From NCBI GenBank assembly GCA_951406725.2, contig OX597838.1, positions 29,698,001 to 29,762,000 of the forward strand: a stretch of DNA of 64,000 bases, given 5' to 3'. The position numbers and the translations under genes are program-made. Numbering within the stretch: the stretch's first letter is position 1; the number at the start of each line of letters is the position of its first letter. Origin of the DNA: Octopus vulgaris (taxonomy: Eukaryota). Of the stretch, positions 33,908-47,438 are shown piece after piece. The notes under the pieces are model-generated. The model worked only from the letters and a program-made list of their open reading frames with translations. It was not told the origin of the DNA and made no database searches.

Positions 33908-36900
33908 CTAACTGCTAAACCCCTACCACATGGTTACTGGGATGCTAGAAGCAGCAGCCAGATCTGGCTTTAAAAAAAATTTTGAAGGACATCTATTTGG
34001 ATAGATGGAAGGGTCATGCAAAGAATCCCTTTGATTCGGGGCTAATCCAGGGCCTAAACAACAACGACAACAATTCACATCCCCTTCTCTAGAGATGGAG
34101 AGATCACACCTGGAATGTCTTTTGATCTGCAAGATTGGGGCTGATGAGGTCTTTGTCCCCTTCTCCAAAGAAAGGACTTTTTGTCTTCACAAACAGGAAA
34201 TGTTCTACTCCTGATCATTTACTGACCCCTTTTTTTTATTACCAAGTCACATGACCTATATTACATTAAGCTCCCTACAGCTGTAAAAATCATCTGCTAT
34301 GACCCACATTAGGGTGTTACTGACACTTTTCAACTCTGTTGCTGGTACACTGTGAAGGTGTGTGGCCTAGTGGTTAGTGTGTTGCACTTACAATCGCTAG
34401 ATCATGGTTTCAATTCCCAGGCCAGGCAGTGCATTGTGTTCTTGAGCAAAACACATCATTTCACCATGTGTGTATAAACGTAAACAAACAAACATTTGTT
34501 CTTTTATTAGAAGCATCAAAGACGTGTATTGTATGATACAAATAAGATGGTATTTTTTCCAACGCAGAGTTGCCATTAGAACAGCAGAAATACTGGATAA
34601 GTTACCCTTACAGGGCGAAAAACTTTGTCGACAACCATGGCTGGCTGTCGACAAATTTTTCTGCTTTGTAAGGGTAATTTCCCCAATATTTCTGTTGTCC
34701 TAACGGCAACATCATCTCACTTCATCATCATCATTATCATCATTTAACGTCCGTCTTCCATGCTAGCATGGGTTGGACAGTTCGACAGGGGTCTGGGAAG
34801 CCATGGAGGCTGCACCAGGCTCCAGTCTGATTTGGCAGTGTTTCTACAGCTGGTTGCCCTTCCTAACACCAACCACTCCGTGAGTGTAGTGGGTGTTTTT
34901 TACGTGCCACCGGCACAGGTGTCAGGGGAGGCTGGCAAACAGCCACGATCAGTTGGTGCTTTTACGTGTCACCGACACGGACGCCAGTCAGGCGACGCTA
35001 GTAACTGCTACTGTATTATAGACTACATCATTTCATGCTGCTCTGCAGATGGAAAAGCGGAAGAACCATTGACACATCAGCAGAAATGTATTACGGTATA
35101 TCTTCCGGCTCGCTACATTCTGAGTTCAAATCTCAGCTGCCTGGAGGAAGCAACGGGACACCACTCTGGTATTAATCTCAAGTCTAGTTACAGATGGCCA
35201 TAATTCCAGTAATCTACTTAATGGCAGCACTCATATAGGGAGTGCTGAAGAAGGTTCACATGCACAGGACCTGCCCAATGGCAGACCCCCCCAACTAGAC
35301 TAAACTGTAACACCCTCAAACCTTGCCAACTACATTTTTAAGGACAGCAATCACACAACTGGAAGGACATTCTCTGACTTACGTGTGATGTAAGAACAAG
35401 GGTTGCTGCCATGATTCTTCTGTGCTTTGACCCTTAAACTTCCCGTACACAAAACGGGGTCGCATGAGATGGCATCAGTCTGTCAGTCCTGAAACACACA
35501 ATCTTACAAGAATCATACTAACTTGGTTTCCATTCATTTTGGAGAAAGTGAGGAACTCCCTAATGTAAGGGGGGAAATCTCTAATCCCTTCTATCATTCA
35601 TCTCTGTTCTGTAATGGAATCCTTAGAGAATTGGGAAGATGTTAAACATTCACCTCCTCCTGCGGTGATCCAGGCAAGCCTTACAAAGTTAATCACTCTC
35701 ATCCACTCCACCCTTTTACCTGACACAGAACACCTTTTATGCTTCATTTTTATGATTTAATCGTACTAGAAGGGCAGGACCCACCTGTATCTTTGCTTTT
35801 TCTTTTCTTTTCAAAGCATGGCTGTGTAGTAAGGTGGTAAGAAGCTGACTTCCCAACCACACAGTTCTGGGTTCAGTCCCACTGCATAACTTTTTGGGAA
35901 AGTGTCTTCTACTATAGCCCTGGGTCAACCAAAGCCTTGGGAGTGAATTTGACAGATCATCATCATCATCGTTTAGCGTCCGCTTTCCATGCTGGCATGG
36001 GTTGGACGGTTCAACTGGGGTCTGGGAAGCCAGAAGGCTGCACAAGGCCCAGTCTGATCTGGCAATGTTTCTACGGCTGGATGCCCTTCCTAACACCAAC
36101 CACTCCATGAGTGTAGTGGGTGCTTTTTACGAGCCACCCGCACAGGTACCAGACGAGGCTGGCAACGGCCACGATCGGATTGGTGCTTTTTATGTGCCAC
36201 CGGCACGGAGGCCAGTCGGGGTGGCGCTGGCAACGGCCACGTTCGGATGGTTCTCTTACGTGCCACCGGCACTGGTATCACAGCTACAATTTCCATTGAT
36301 ATTGATCGATTCAGATGGAAACTGAAAAAAGCCCACCATGTATATATCTGTGTATGTCTTTGACAACTGGTGTTGGTATGTTTACATCCTGGTAGCTTAG
36401 CAGTTCAGCAAAAAGGACCAATAGAATAAATACTGGGCTTCCAAAACAAAATAAGTCCTCGGGGGGGGGGGTCGATTCATTTGACTAAAAATTCTTCAAA
36501 ACAGTGCTCCAGTATGGCCACCATCTAATGAGCAAAACAAATAAAAGACATACCTGAGACAGGTGAGAGAAAAGGAACAGAGATATCTTCTGGTTCTTGA
36601 CATTCTGTGTCCAAATCACATAGTGAGCCCCTTTGAATACAATCACCCAGTTTTGGGGGTCCCACCCCCACTAATTTCAGGGACCCTGAAAAAATAGTTG
36701 TTGTTGTTGTTGTTGCCGATGTTGTGGGTGCTTGCTGAGGTTGTTCAACCTCTGGTCAGTCTTGTTCAAGAGCTGACCTATGATCAGAAGCATTCCAACC
36801 ATGACCATCCTGTCTTTTTTTTTTCCATGTGTTACAGGGTTTTTCTTCTTGACAACATTCAAAATGGGGTTTTTATTTTCTTCTGAAACGGTGGAGATTT

Positions 36901-37469
36901 AGCTGCTATTTCTAGTAGTTTTGATGACCTCATAAAAATTCTTCTTTTGTGGGTGCTGAAAGGGGGGGTGAGGTAGCAAGAGTGGTGTGGGGTGGGGGTT
37001 ATGAAATAACATTTGATAAACATCGCCCTTCCCCCCTCCTCCTCCTCCTCCAGAGGACACATGAGAAAATGAAAACAGAACAAGTAGAGATTGGATAGTT
37101 CTTGTGGGGCAGGGAACAACAGGTGGGGGGGGGGGGAATTGAAATTAAAATGAAGTTATGATTCCCCACTCACCTCTCCATCTCACACCCACCTACCCCA
37201 AACTGAAATTCATATTCTGTAGAATGCAGGGCAGACAGTTGGAGACAAGAGGCAGTGTGTTGCGGGGGGGGGGGGGTGGAGTGTGTGGGGGAGAAAGAGA
37301 GAGGTCAGGTCACAGCAACCTCCCTCACTCACCCTTACCTATGCTCCCTTCTGACCTCCCATCCACCACCTGCCCATCTCTCTCACACTTTCTCACTCTT
37401 TCTCTCTCACACATTCTCTCTATCCTTGTCTCTCACTCTCTTTTTCACTCTTACACTTTCTCACTTTCA

Positions 37470-37508
<39 letters not shown>

Positions 37509-37789
37509 CTTGTTTACCCCCCCCCCGCTCCCTCTCCCTGTCTCTCTCTGACCTTCCAGTCATAATTCTCACAGTGACAAGCCAAAAATGAGGACAGCAC
37601 AGCCAATAAATCTGTTTACCAAATAAATACAGCACTGGGGGTTGTAAATGTAGATAGATTTTATTTTTTCCCAAAGCTGGTGGTGACAGGGTCAAATGAA
37701 CACCACCACCACCAACATCACTGCTGCTAATTCCACTACCAGCACCCCCACCCCGACATCACCAGCACTCCTCACTACCACCACCACCA

Positions 37790-38175
37790 ACAACAACTCT
37801 GCCACAGACCCTCCTCCCACCAACCCCACTACCATCGCTACCTCCACCACCACCACCACCACCACCATGACCACCACTACTGCAGCAGGGCAAAGCCAGA
37901 GTGTCCCCCCCCCCCCCACCCGCTACCACCAACAACAACAACAACTCTGCCACCGACCCTCCCCCACCACCAACCCCACAACCATCGCTACCTCCACCAC
38001 CATGACCACCACTACTGCAGCAGGGCAAAGCCAGAGTGTCCCCCCCCCCCCCACCCGCTACCACCAACAACAACAACAACTCTGCCACCGACCCTCCCCC
38101 ACCACCAACCCCACAACCATCGCTACCTCCACCACCATGACCACCACTACTGCAGCAGAGCAAAGCCAGAGTGTG
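37790..38175. repeat. 135-bp tandem repeat, about 3 copies, C/A-rich
   Basis: TGCAGCAGRGCAAAGCCAGAGTGT at 37881, 38016, 38151. Confidence 0.88.
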
Positions 38176-39009
38176 GTCCCCTAAATCACTCTTGAGCAAA
38201 GTGGGTCTCCGGATGGGTAGAAGATCACTTTGAATGTCTTCTTTTTTTTTTTAAGTGTGTGTGGCACCTGATGAGGAGCCATGGCTCATGTGGTCCACTT
38301 CTCCAAACAAAACAAAAAAAGTTACTCATGCCTGCTTTGTGTTGTAGTTTTGGTCTGCTAGAAAAAACAACCAAGTCTCCCTCAAATCACATCCTACCGT
38401 TTGCAAAGAAAACAAAAAAAAAAAATCAAGAGACACATGGGATGGTCATGGCTGGAATATCTTCAATAATGGACACAGACTTGGCTGTGTGATAAGAAGC
38501 TTGTTTCCCAACCACATGGTTCCAGGTTCAGTCCCACTGCATGACACCTTGGGCAAGTGCCTCCTACTATAGCCTCGGGCAAATCAAAGCTTTTGAGTAG
38601 ATTTGGTAGGTGGAAACTGAATGAAGCCCATCATACGTGTGTGTGTGTGTGTGTCTCTCTCTCTCTCTCTCTTTGCATCTATGTTTGTCCCCTACTTCCG
38701 CTTGACAACCGGTGTTGGTATTCTTTTACTACTCTAGGCACAAGGCCCGAAATTTTTTTTTGGGGGGGGGGGCAGCTGATTAGATCGACTCCAGTACATA
38801 ACTGGTACTTAATTTATTGACTCCGAAAGGATGAAAGGCAAAGTCGACCTTGTCAGAATTGGCCTGAGGCTATAATAGAGGACACTTGCCCAAGGTGCCG
38901 CGTAGTGGGACTGAACCCGGAACCATGTGGTTGGGGGAAGCAAGCTTCTTACCACACAGCCACTCTTGCACCTGTAACTTAGTTCAACAAATGAGATCAA
39001 TACAATTAC

Positions 39010-39225
39010 TCTCTCTTTTTTACTCTTTTACTTGCTTCAGTCATTTGACTGCGGCCATGCTGGAGCACCGCCTTTAGTCGAGCAAATCGACCCCGGGACT
39101 TATTCTTTGTAAGCCCAGTACTTATTCTATCAGTCTCTTTTGCCGAACCGCTAAGTGACAGGAACATAAACACACTAACATTGGTTGTTGAGCAATGCTA
39201 GGGGAGACAAACACAGACACACACA

Positions 39226-39261
<36 letters not shown>

Positions 39262-39567
39262 GGGCATCCAGCTGTAGAAACACTGCCATATCTGACTGGC
39301 CTGGTGCAGCCTTCGGGCTTGCCAGACCCCAGTTGAACCGTCCAACCCATGCTAGCATGGAAAGCGGACGTTAAACGACGATGATGATGATGATGATGAT
39401 GATACGACAGGCTTCTTTCAGTTCTGTCTACCAAATCCACTCACAAAGCTTTGGTCGGCCCGGGGCTATAGCAGAAGACACTTGCCCAAGATGCCACGCA
39501 GTGGGACTGAACCCGGAACCATGTGGTTGGTAAGCAAGCTACTTACCCCACAGCCACTCCTGCACCT
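39010..39567 (-). mobile_element. Family B SINE with a family C fragment nested in its (TA)n tract
   Basis: Family C 3' part at ~39261-39402 (+) interrupts the microsatellite. Confidence 0.82.
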
Positions 39568-40128
39568 ATAATTAGTACCAATCTAAAAAATAAAAACAGA
39601 AAAAAAATTTTTAATTTCTTCAAGGCAGTGCCCCAGCATGGCCACCACCCATTAGTCTAATATGATTGACGCAAGTCAGATAAAAGAATAAAGCCTGCTT
39701 TATCAAAGATGACTTGGAGCTTAAACAGCAACCACAACCATTGCAACCTTGGCTTAGCACCGGCTCCCCTACCCCACCCCCATGTCTTTCGCTTCTCCTT
39801 TTCCTCCACCCCCCACCCGCCTTCCATCTCCCAAAGACAGAACAACATTATTATGATTGTTGTTTGCAAGGATAAGATTTCAATGTGTTATGCACCCCCA
39901 CCCCCCGGCATCACCCTGCACCAACCTTTTAATACACAAAGAAAAGAACCCAGACTGCGAGTGGGGGGTGAATGTTCTAGATATAATTGTTGTTGTATGC
40001 TCAGGTGAAATTGGATAACGAGGGCGACAAAATAATAACAGCAGGTAAGTTGTTTTGGTCAGGTAAATAAATAGATGCCTTTTCTATAGATAATGTGGCG
40101 CCATCTCAATTTAAATTCTTATGCACAC

Positions 40129-40445
40129 ATGGATAGATAGACAGATGGATGGATAGATAGATAGGTAGATAGATGGATAGGTAAGTAGGTAGATGGATAG
40201 ATAGGTAGGTAGGTAGATAGATAGACAGGTAGGTAGGTAGATAGATAGATGAATGGATAGATAGGTAGGTAGGTAGATGGATAGATAGGTAGGTAGATGG
40301 ATAGATAGGTAGGTAGATGGATAGATAGACAGGTAGGTAGGTAGATAGATAGATAGATGAACGGATAGATAGGTAGGTAGGTAGATAGATGGATAGGTAA
40401 GTAGGTAGATGGATTGATGGATAGATAGGTAGGTAGGTAGATAGA
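40129..40445. repeat. (TAGA/TAGG/TGGA)n tetranucleotide satellite
   Basis: Direct reading. Confidence 0.95.
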
Positions 40446-43400
40446 AAGACAAGTGTGTGTGTGTGTATGAGGCAGAGAATCAAGGAGAAAGAAATGGAGG
40501 TGTGTGTGTGTATAAGGGAGAGAGGTGCAGAGGGTCAAGGAGGGAGAGAACAAGAGGTGGAAGAAAGACAACTGAGGAGAGAGGGGATGAAAAAGAGGAG
40601 ACAGATAAAGAGAAAGACAGGCAGAAAGAGAGAGAGAGAAATGCAAAAAAAGAGATGTAGATAGAATGAGTGAAGGAAAAAGAGAGAGACTTGAAGAGAA
40701 TGTCAGCAAGAGAGAAAAAAAGAAAGAATCTGACAAAGAGAGAGAAAAGGAAGAAGAAACTTGGGCAGTATAAGTGGGGGGGGGGGACAAAGAAAGTGGG
40801 ATGGAAAGAGTAAGGAGGAGGAGATGTGAAGTAAGAGAGCGTAGAATGAGGGGAGGGGGAGGCACATGACTCTCTTTCAAGAGCACAACCCCCACCCCAC
40901 CAACTAGGGAATTTCACCATCTCTCTCACTATCTCTGTCTCTCTCTCTCTCCGTCTCTCTCTCTCAACATGAACAACACAATAAAAGTGTTTTCCAAGTT
41001 GATACACAATCCGCATGACCTCTCCCCCCTGCTGGTGCTGACCTCACATGTCTCACACAATGGCCTAACTGACAAGCACAGTTGTGGCTGTGGAGTCGAG
41101 AACCTTCTTAGCTGTATGGTTCCCGGTTCAGTCCCAACATGAGGCATCGTGATCAGGGGTCTTTTATTACAACCCTGGGCAGACTGAAACCCAGGAATCA
41201 CGAAACTCACTTCCCAACCACATGGTTCTGACTTCAGTCCCACTGCATGGCACCTTCAGCAGCTGTCTTCTACTATCATACCCTGAGCCAAATAGTGCCT
41301 TGTAAGTGAATCTGATTGAAGGAAACTGTATGGAAGCCTGTTGTGCATGTAATGTGTGTGTGTATGTGCACACATGCATGTGTACCCTTGTGTTTGTCTC
41401 CCTGCCACCGTTTGACAACTAGGCATTGGTCTGTCTATGTGCTTGTAACTTAGCTGTTTGCCCAAAGAGACTGACAGAATAAGTAGGAGCCTTATTGAAT
41501 ATACTCTACTGCATGTATTGAGTACTTTTGTTATCTTTTTATTTGTTTCGATCATTGGACTGTGGCCATACTGGGGTACCACCTGAAGGATTTAGCTCAA
41601 CAAATGGTCCCTAGAGCTTACTTTTTGAGGCCCCTACTCATTTTGTCAGTCTCTTTTGGCAAACTGCTAAGTTACAAGCACATAGACAGACCAATGCCTA
41701 GATGTCACACGGTGGCAGGGAGACAAGCACAAAGGTACACATGCACACCCACACACACACACTAATGTTGACAGTTTTATTAGTTAAAGCTATGGCTATG
41801 AATCTGCCCAGGGTTATCTCTCTTTGCTATTTCCCATTGAGGAAGGCTAAAGAGCTAGAAACATGTGTCTGGGAATCCACTAAAAGGTGAAACTGGGCAG
41901 ATATAGTATTTTAAAACCTTTTATCATAAGAGAGAATTTTTTTTCTCCACCGTAACTGCAGCGAATTTGCCTTTAGAAGTCACAAGCATATTTTGACTAA
42001 CCTAAAGTCCATGTGTATATGTGAAAGTGTGTGTGTGTGTGCATGTCTTTGTGTTTGTCCCCACACTGGTTGATAACCAGTGTTGGTTTGTTTACATCCC
42101 CCATATAGTTTCCTTACATGTTTCCCAAGATTCTTGATATGAAATTGTTGAGTTGAACAAACATCACTGTGATTTAAGAAAAGTCAATCTCTCAAAACAC
42201 ACGAGCTGGTTGTAGATCATTCCTGGTTTAGCAATTAATTAGTAATTTGATTTTGTTTAATTAATTGGTTTGTCAAAAAGCTTTCGTCAAAGTAAAGAGC
42301 GTAAAGAGCTCTTGTATACAAGGTGTGTGTGTGAGAGAGCAGAAATAAGGTGTAGAGGTGGGGGAGGATTACAAATGATTACAAATTTTGACAAAGTGAT
42401 TAATTTGTTAATGTATTAACAAATTATCCTATTAATTCATTAATACTTAAGTGAAATACAACCAGTTCTTGTATATTAACCGGCAGCGCTGTGAGTGGAT
42501 TAGGTATACAGAAACTGAAAAAAGCTTTCTCGATGAACAAGCGTCTACACACACACACACACACACACACACGTACATCGAAAGTCTAGGACTGTGTGAA
42601 GACTAGGCTGACAGAGAGAAAGAGGGGCCTCTTGTCTTAAGGTATTAAGGACTTGACTTATAAACATTAGTTGTGATGAAGAATCCAGACTTCACTTGCA
42701 AACTTGGTTGGTTAAAAGTTGATCTCCTTTGCACAAGTCCTTACACACAAAGTCAAGGAGAGTATGAAGGTTATGCTGACACAGAGACGCCTCTTCTCTT
42801 AGATGTCTGCACACACATACACACACTAAGTGTTATTAGTTGCAAGACATTTCTTTTACGTAATACATTATAATAATATCTAATATTATTATTCACAAAC
42901 ATAAACACACAATTAGTTCCAAACAAACAAACGCAAAAATATTGCTTTTTAAAAAACACAATCACTGCACCCTCTCCCACCACAATCATCATCATCGTCG
43001 TCGTCATCATTTAACGTTTGTTTTCCATGCTGGCATGGGTTGGACAGTTTGACAGTAGGTAGCAAGGCAGAGGGCTGCACCAGTTCCCAGTCATCTGTTT
43101 TGGCATGGTTTTTTTTTTTACAGCTGGATGGCCTTCTTAATGCCAACCACTTCAGAGTGGATTGGGTACTTCTTACATGGCACTGACGTAGGTGTGTTTT
43201 GTAAGTGGCACCGGCACAAGTGCTCTTTTTACAAGGTGCTGGCACAATAAAAGGTCAAAATAAAATCCAGGTAAGATATATTTACTTGTATCTTTTTTAT
43301 TTTTATTTATCTAAATGTGAGATAGTCATAAGGGAAGGTGCAAATAATCGATGACCTTCACAAGTCCTCGTCGACTTTCTTTTCCTTCCTCAGCAAATAT

Positions 43401-44628
43401 CATTGAAAGAAGGGTTAGTGAAATTGTGAATCAGGTCCTGAGGCACTTTTGCAGACTCTAACTTCCATTTATGTACTCCTAAGATAGACTTTTATCACCA
43501 CCAGCCTTGAGTAACAGTTGAAATCAGTGGGGAATGAAGACAAGGGGAGATGAAGCAATCCAGAGAATGTGTGGGGGTCACACTTCACATAGGAACTAAG
43601 GATGTCGAGGCCAACCAGAAAATTTTGAGATTCACTTCACATTTACAGGAATCAGGTTTGCAGACATGGCTGTGCGGTAAGTTGCTTACTTACCGACTGC
43701 ATGGTTCTGGGTTCAGTCCCACTGCATGGCACTTTGGGCAAGTATCTTCTACTATAGCCCTAGGCCGACCAAATCCTTGTGAGTGGATTTGGTAGATGTC
43801 AAGGCAAGGGAACAACGACACTCGTATGTATACATACGACAGGCTTCTCTCATTTTCCATCTAACAAGACTTTGGGCAGCCTGGGACTTGCAGTAGAAGA
43901 CCCTTGTCCGTGGTGCCATGCAGTGGAACTAAACTGAGAACCATAACCATTATCATTTAGCATCCATTTTCCATGCTAGCATGGGTTGGATGGCTTGATT
44001 GGATAAGCTGGAGAGCTGCACCAGGTTCCAGTCTGATTTAGCATGGTTTCTACGGCTAGATGCCCCTCCTAATGCCAACCACTTTACAAAGGATGCCATG
44101 TGGTTGGAAGGCAATCTCAGAACTACCAAACACTCAAACCTCCACCTATATTACAAGAGATTAATTTAGTTTATTTCAATTTATTTTTCCATTTAATTCA
44201 GCATCACTAAATTCATCTTTTAAGACAAGTGAAACCGGTAGCACATTTTAATAAAAAAAAATGTAAATTAATTTCTTTCTTTTGACAATGGTGAAGATCT
44301 CAAAGCATTTTCTTTTTTGCTTTTTTAATATAATTTACTCATGTAAAACGTCTTAACCTTTGTAATACGTATACAAACCTAGACTACATGTATATCAGCA
44401 TCATTTAATGTCTGCTTTCCATGCTGGTGTGGGTTGGATGGTTTAACATAGAGCTGTCTAGACTCCAACTGTCTACTGTGGCATGGTTTCTATGGCTGGA
44501 TGCCCTTCCTAATGCCAATCACTTTACAGTGTGTGCATTTTATGTGCCACCATCATGGGTGCATTTACATAATACCAGCATAGGCACTTTTCAAGTGGTA
44601 GCAAACACTAGATATATATATATATATA

Positions 44629-45068
44629 TGGTGGCTGCCCCCTCGTTATCGAGTATGGCCATTGCATGAAGCTTAATCAATGTTATTGTGCAATGCCTGT
44701 GCACTGAGTCAATCCCACTCACTAAGCAACAGCAGCCATAATCCGAAAAGAAGAACAAGTCAACATCATCGGTAACCACTGAGCTGCAGGTTTTATGTCG
44801 GAGTTACCCCAGTTACCTGAGTTACCTTCTCCTAGAAGGATGCCCTAACAAAGGCTAGGAGTCCTTCACTTCCAATGGCTTAACCGCGCGATTGGGTAGT
44901 CAGTCCGATTATTTCTATGTCCCCGCGCATGATACAGCCTTAAGACATTTATCAGATGGCCGTTGACTCTCAAGAGTTCCTCCGCCCTTTAACGGGTTTT
45001 GTTTTTCATCCCGCAGGGTGTCCAATAAACACCCTCCTCACCAAGCAAGCTTGGTTGGGTTGCCGGTT
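44629..45068 (-). mobile_element. ~440-bp non-autonomous RTE-derived element (5'UTR-like part plus 3'-end-like part) inserted in (TA)n
   Basis: Flanked by TA runs; minus strand has TCTAGGAGAAGGTAACTC...AAACC typical of RTE 5'UTRs; shares a module with 19793-19878; CpG-rich relative to flanks. Confidence 0.55.
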
Positions 45069-45324
45069 TATATATATACCTACAAACATTATGCTCATAT
45101 ATTCTTTTCTAGTGTAGGCACAAGGCCCGAAATTTTGGGGGAGGGGGCCAGTCGATTAGATCAATCCCAGTACGCAACTGCTACTTAATTTATCGACCCC
45201 AAAAGGATGAAAGGCAAAAGTCGACTGCGGCGGAATTTGAACTCAGAACGTAAACACAGATGAAATACCGCTAAGCATTTCGCCTGGTGTGTTGTTTCTT
45301 CCAGCTTGCTGGCTTTTATGCTCA

Positions 45325-45490
45325 TATATATACATATACATACATATATATATATATATATACATACATATATATATATACATACATATATATATATACA
45401 TACATATATATATATATACATACATATATATATATACATACATATATATATATACATACATATATATATATACATACATACATATATACA

Positions 45491-45521
<31 letters not shown>

Positions 45522-45533
45522 ATATATATATAT
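45325..45533. repeat. (TA)n/(CATA)n compound microsatellite
   Basis: Direct reading. Confidence 0.95.
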
Positions 45534-45746
45534 GATAAAGGGTTATTTGCAACAAGTTGCTTAAACCACATACCGAAAATGTTAGAAATAGCAGCCAAAT
45601 GGGTTACCATTACTATATGGGTTACAAATACTGTTGTTTGTGGAGACTTATTTTTGTAGTAATAGTAATGGTAACCTATTTGGCTGCTATTTCTAATATT
45701 TTCGGTATGTGGTTTAAGCAACTTGTTGCAAATAACCCTTTATTAT
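45531..45746. repeat. Fold-back inverted repeat, ~85-bp arms, 45-bp spacer
   Basis: 45531-45616 is the reverse complement of 45662-45746 with about 3 mismatches. Confidence 0.92.
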
Positions 45747-45853
45747 AATTATATGTAATTTTTACCGAATATGGTCCTTTCCATACCGAAAAAACTACTA
45801 GGTGAAATTTATTAATTTTATTAAATTAATTATATTCACCCTTTATATGTATC

Positions 45854-45895
<42 letters not shown>

Positions 45896-47395
45896 CTATA
45901 TATATATATAGACACATGTACCTTCATCATGTACATACAATATGTATACAGATTCACTGTGTACATATACACAGATTAAACATACATTATATTCATATAT
46001 AATCACGTATTCATAAAAACGACTTGCTCCTCTGACATAAATAAACGTCAATCCAGGGAACACAAACTAAAAAGCTCAACAAGATCTAACATGGAGGAAA
46101 CAAGAAAATAATAAAAACAGAAAAAAGGTGAAAAAAAAAAAAAGGGGACCCAAACTGGAGACAGAAACCACACAAGAAATGTAAGTGAAAATAAATCAAA
46201 TAATATTTTTTTCCGTTTTTAATTTTTATTTTTAAAGGAATTGTTTTTATTGTTATTTATTAGTAAAGTAACAATTCTTGTCTTTGAATTTGAATAAAAG
46301 TTCATTGTGTTTAAATTTAATTCTGACCAATAGAAAAAAAAAAAAAGGAAAGAAATTAGATGAGGGTGGTTGTGGTTGTGGGTTTAAAGCTGCATGAATG
46401 AATGCCAGATGCCCTTCCTGTTGCCACCCCTTCTCCCTTTACAGGTTCCCAAATAAGATAAAAATTTCTTCATAAGCAGTTTGGAAAATGAACAACACTA
46501 CTCATGACAGAGATGTTTGTTTGCAGCCATCACGTGACAGTCCAGACAAAGACACACACACACACCTTTCGTACTTCCAAGCTTTCCTCCACTTGCAAAC
46601 AATACAAGAACACAACTAACTTACTTGCACACTTCTACACACAGCATCCCCACTTGGTTTGTAATTTTTTTCTTGCTCTCTCTCTCTTACTCCAATACTT
46701 TTCTTCTGATGAAGGGTTAATGTTCAAAACATTAAAACTCTTTCCTTTTCTTCATACTAATACAATATTTGTTAAAACATGTCCATCTTGTGTTGGCTTT
46801 CCTCTTTTTGTTCATTATATTTTCAACACATACACACATATGAAGGGCTTTTTTTTCAGTTTTCCTCTTCTAAATCTGCATCACAAAACTTTGATTGGCC
46901 CAGGGTCAGAGGAAAAGACACTTGCTCAAGGTGTCATGCACTGGGATTGAACCCAAAACGACATTTAAGAAGCAAGCCTCTTATCCAGTCATTCCCACAT
47001 AAACACAGTCAAAAGGTTCTGTGAACAACCTCCCACCACCACCCTAACCCTTTGTAGGTGCCCTTTACAAATATCTATAGCTTTCGGTTTACACTGAGCC
47101 CTGTGAATAAAATGGGGAGGGGGTAGATGTAAACAGTTGTAGCTTATCACATGTGAATTGAGCCTGGGATTCAAAAGATACCCCCTTGTTGTCTACAGGA
47201 CCTCACTGATATAGATTGAGGATTACGTTAAGGGGACATATATCTGTGGTGTACTCAGCCACTTACACTTTTAATTCAATGAGTAGGTGGTCATTCAAAC
47301 AGATGAAAGCTCATCAGTGAAGCCACACAGGACTCATGATTATCATATATGAGTATGTATATATGCATATGTGTAGAAAAAAATATATACGTGTA

Positions 47396-47438
<43 letters not shown>

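Noticed and set aside
37696-38184. Mucin-like Thr/Pro/Gln ORF
   Set aside because: 135-bp tandem repeat of trinucleotide runs; no signal peptide or clear splice context, though expression cannot be fully excluded
38268-38295. CTGATGA followed by a GAGCC/GGCTC hairpin
   Set aside because: Lacks the GAAA core and cleavage triplet
40106-41016. Long minus-strand ORFs
   Set aside because: Tetranucleotide and GA-rich low-complexity sequence
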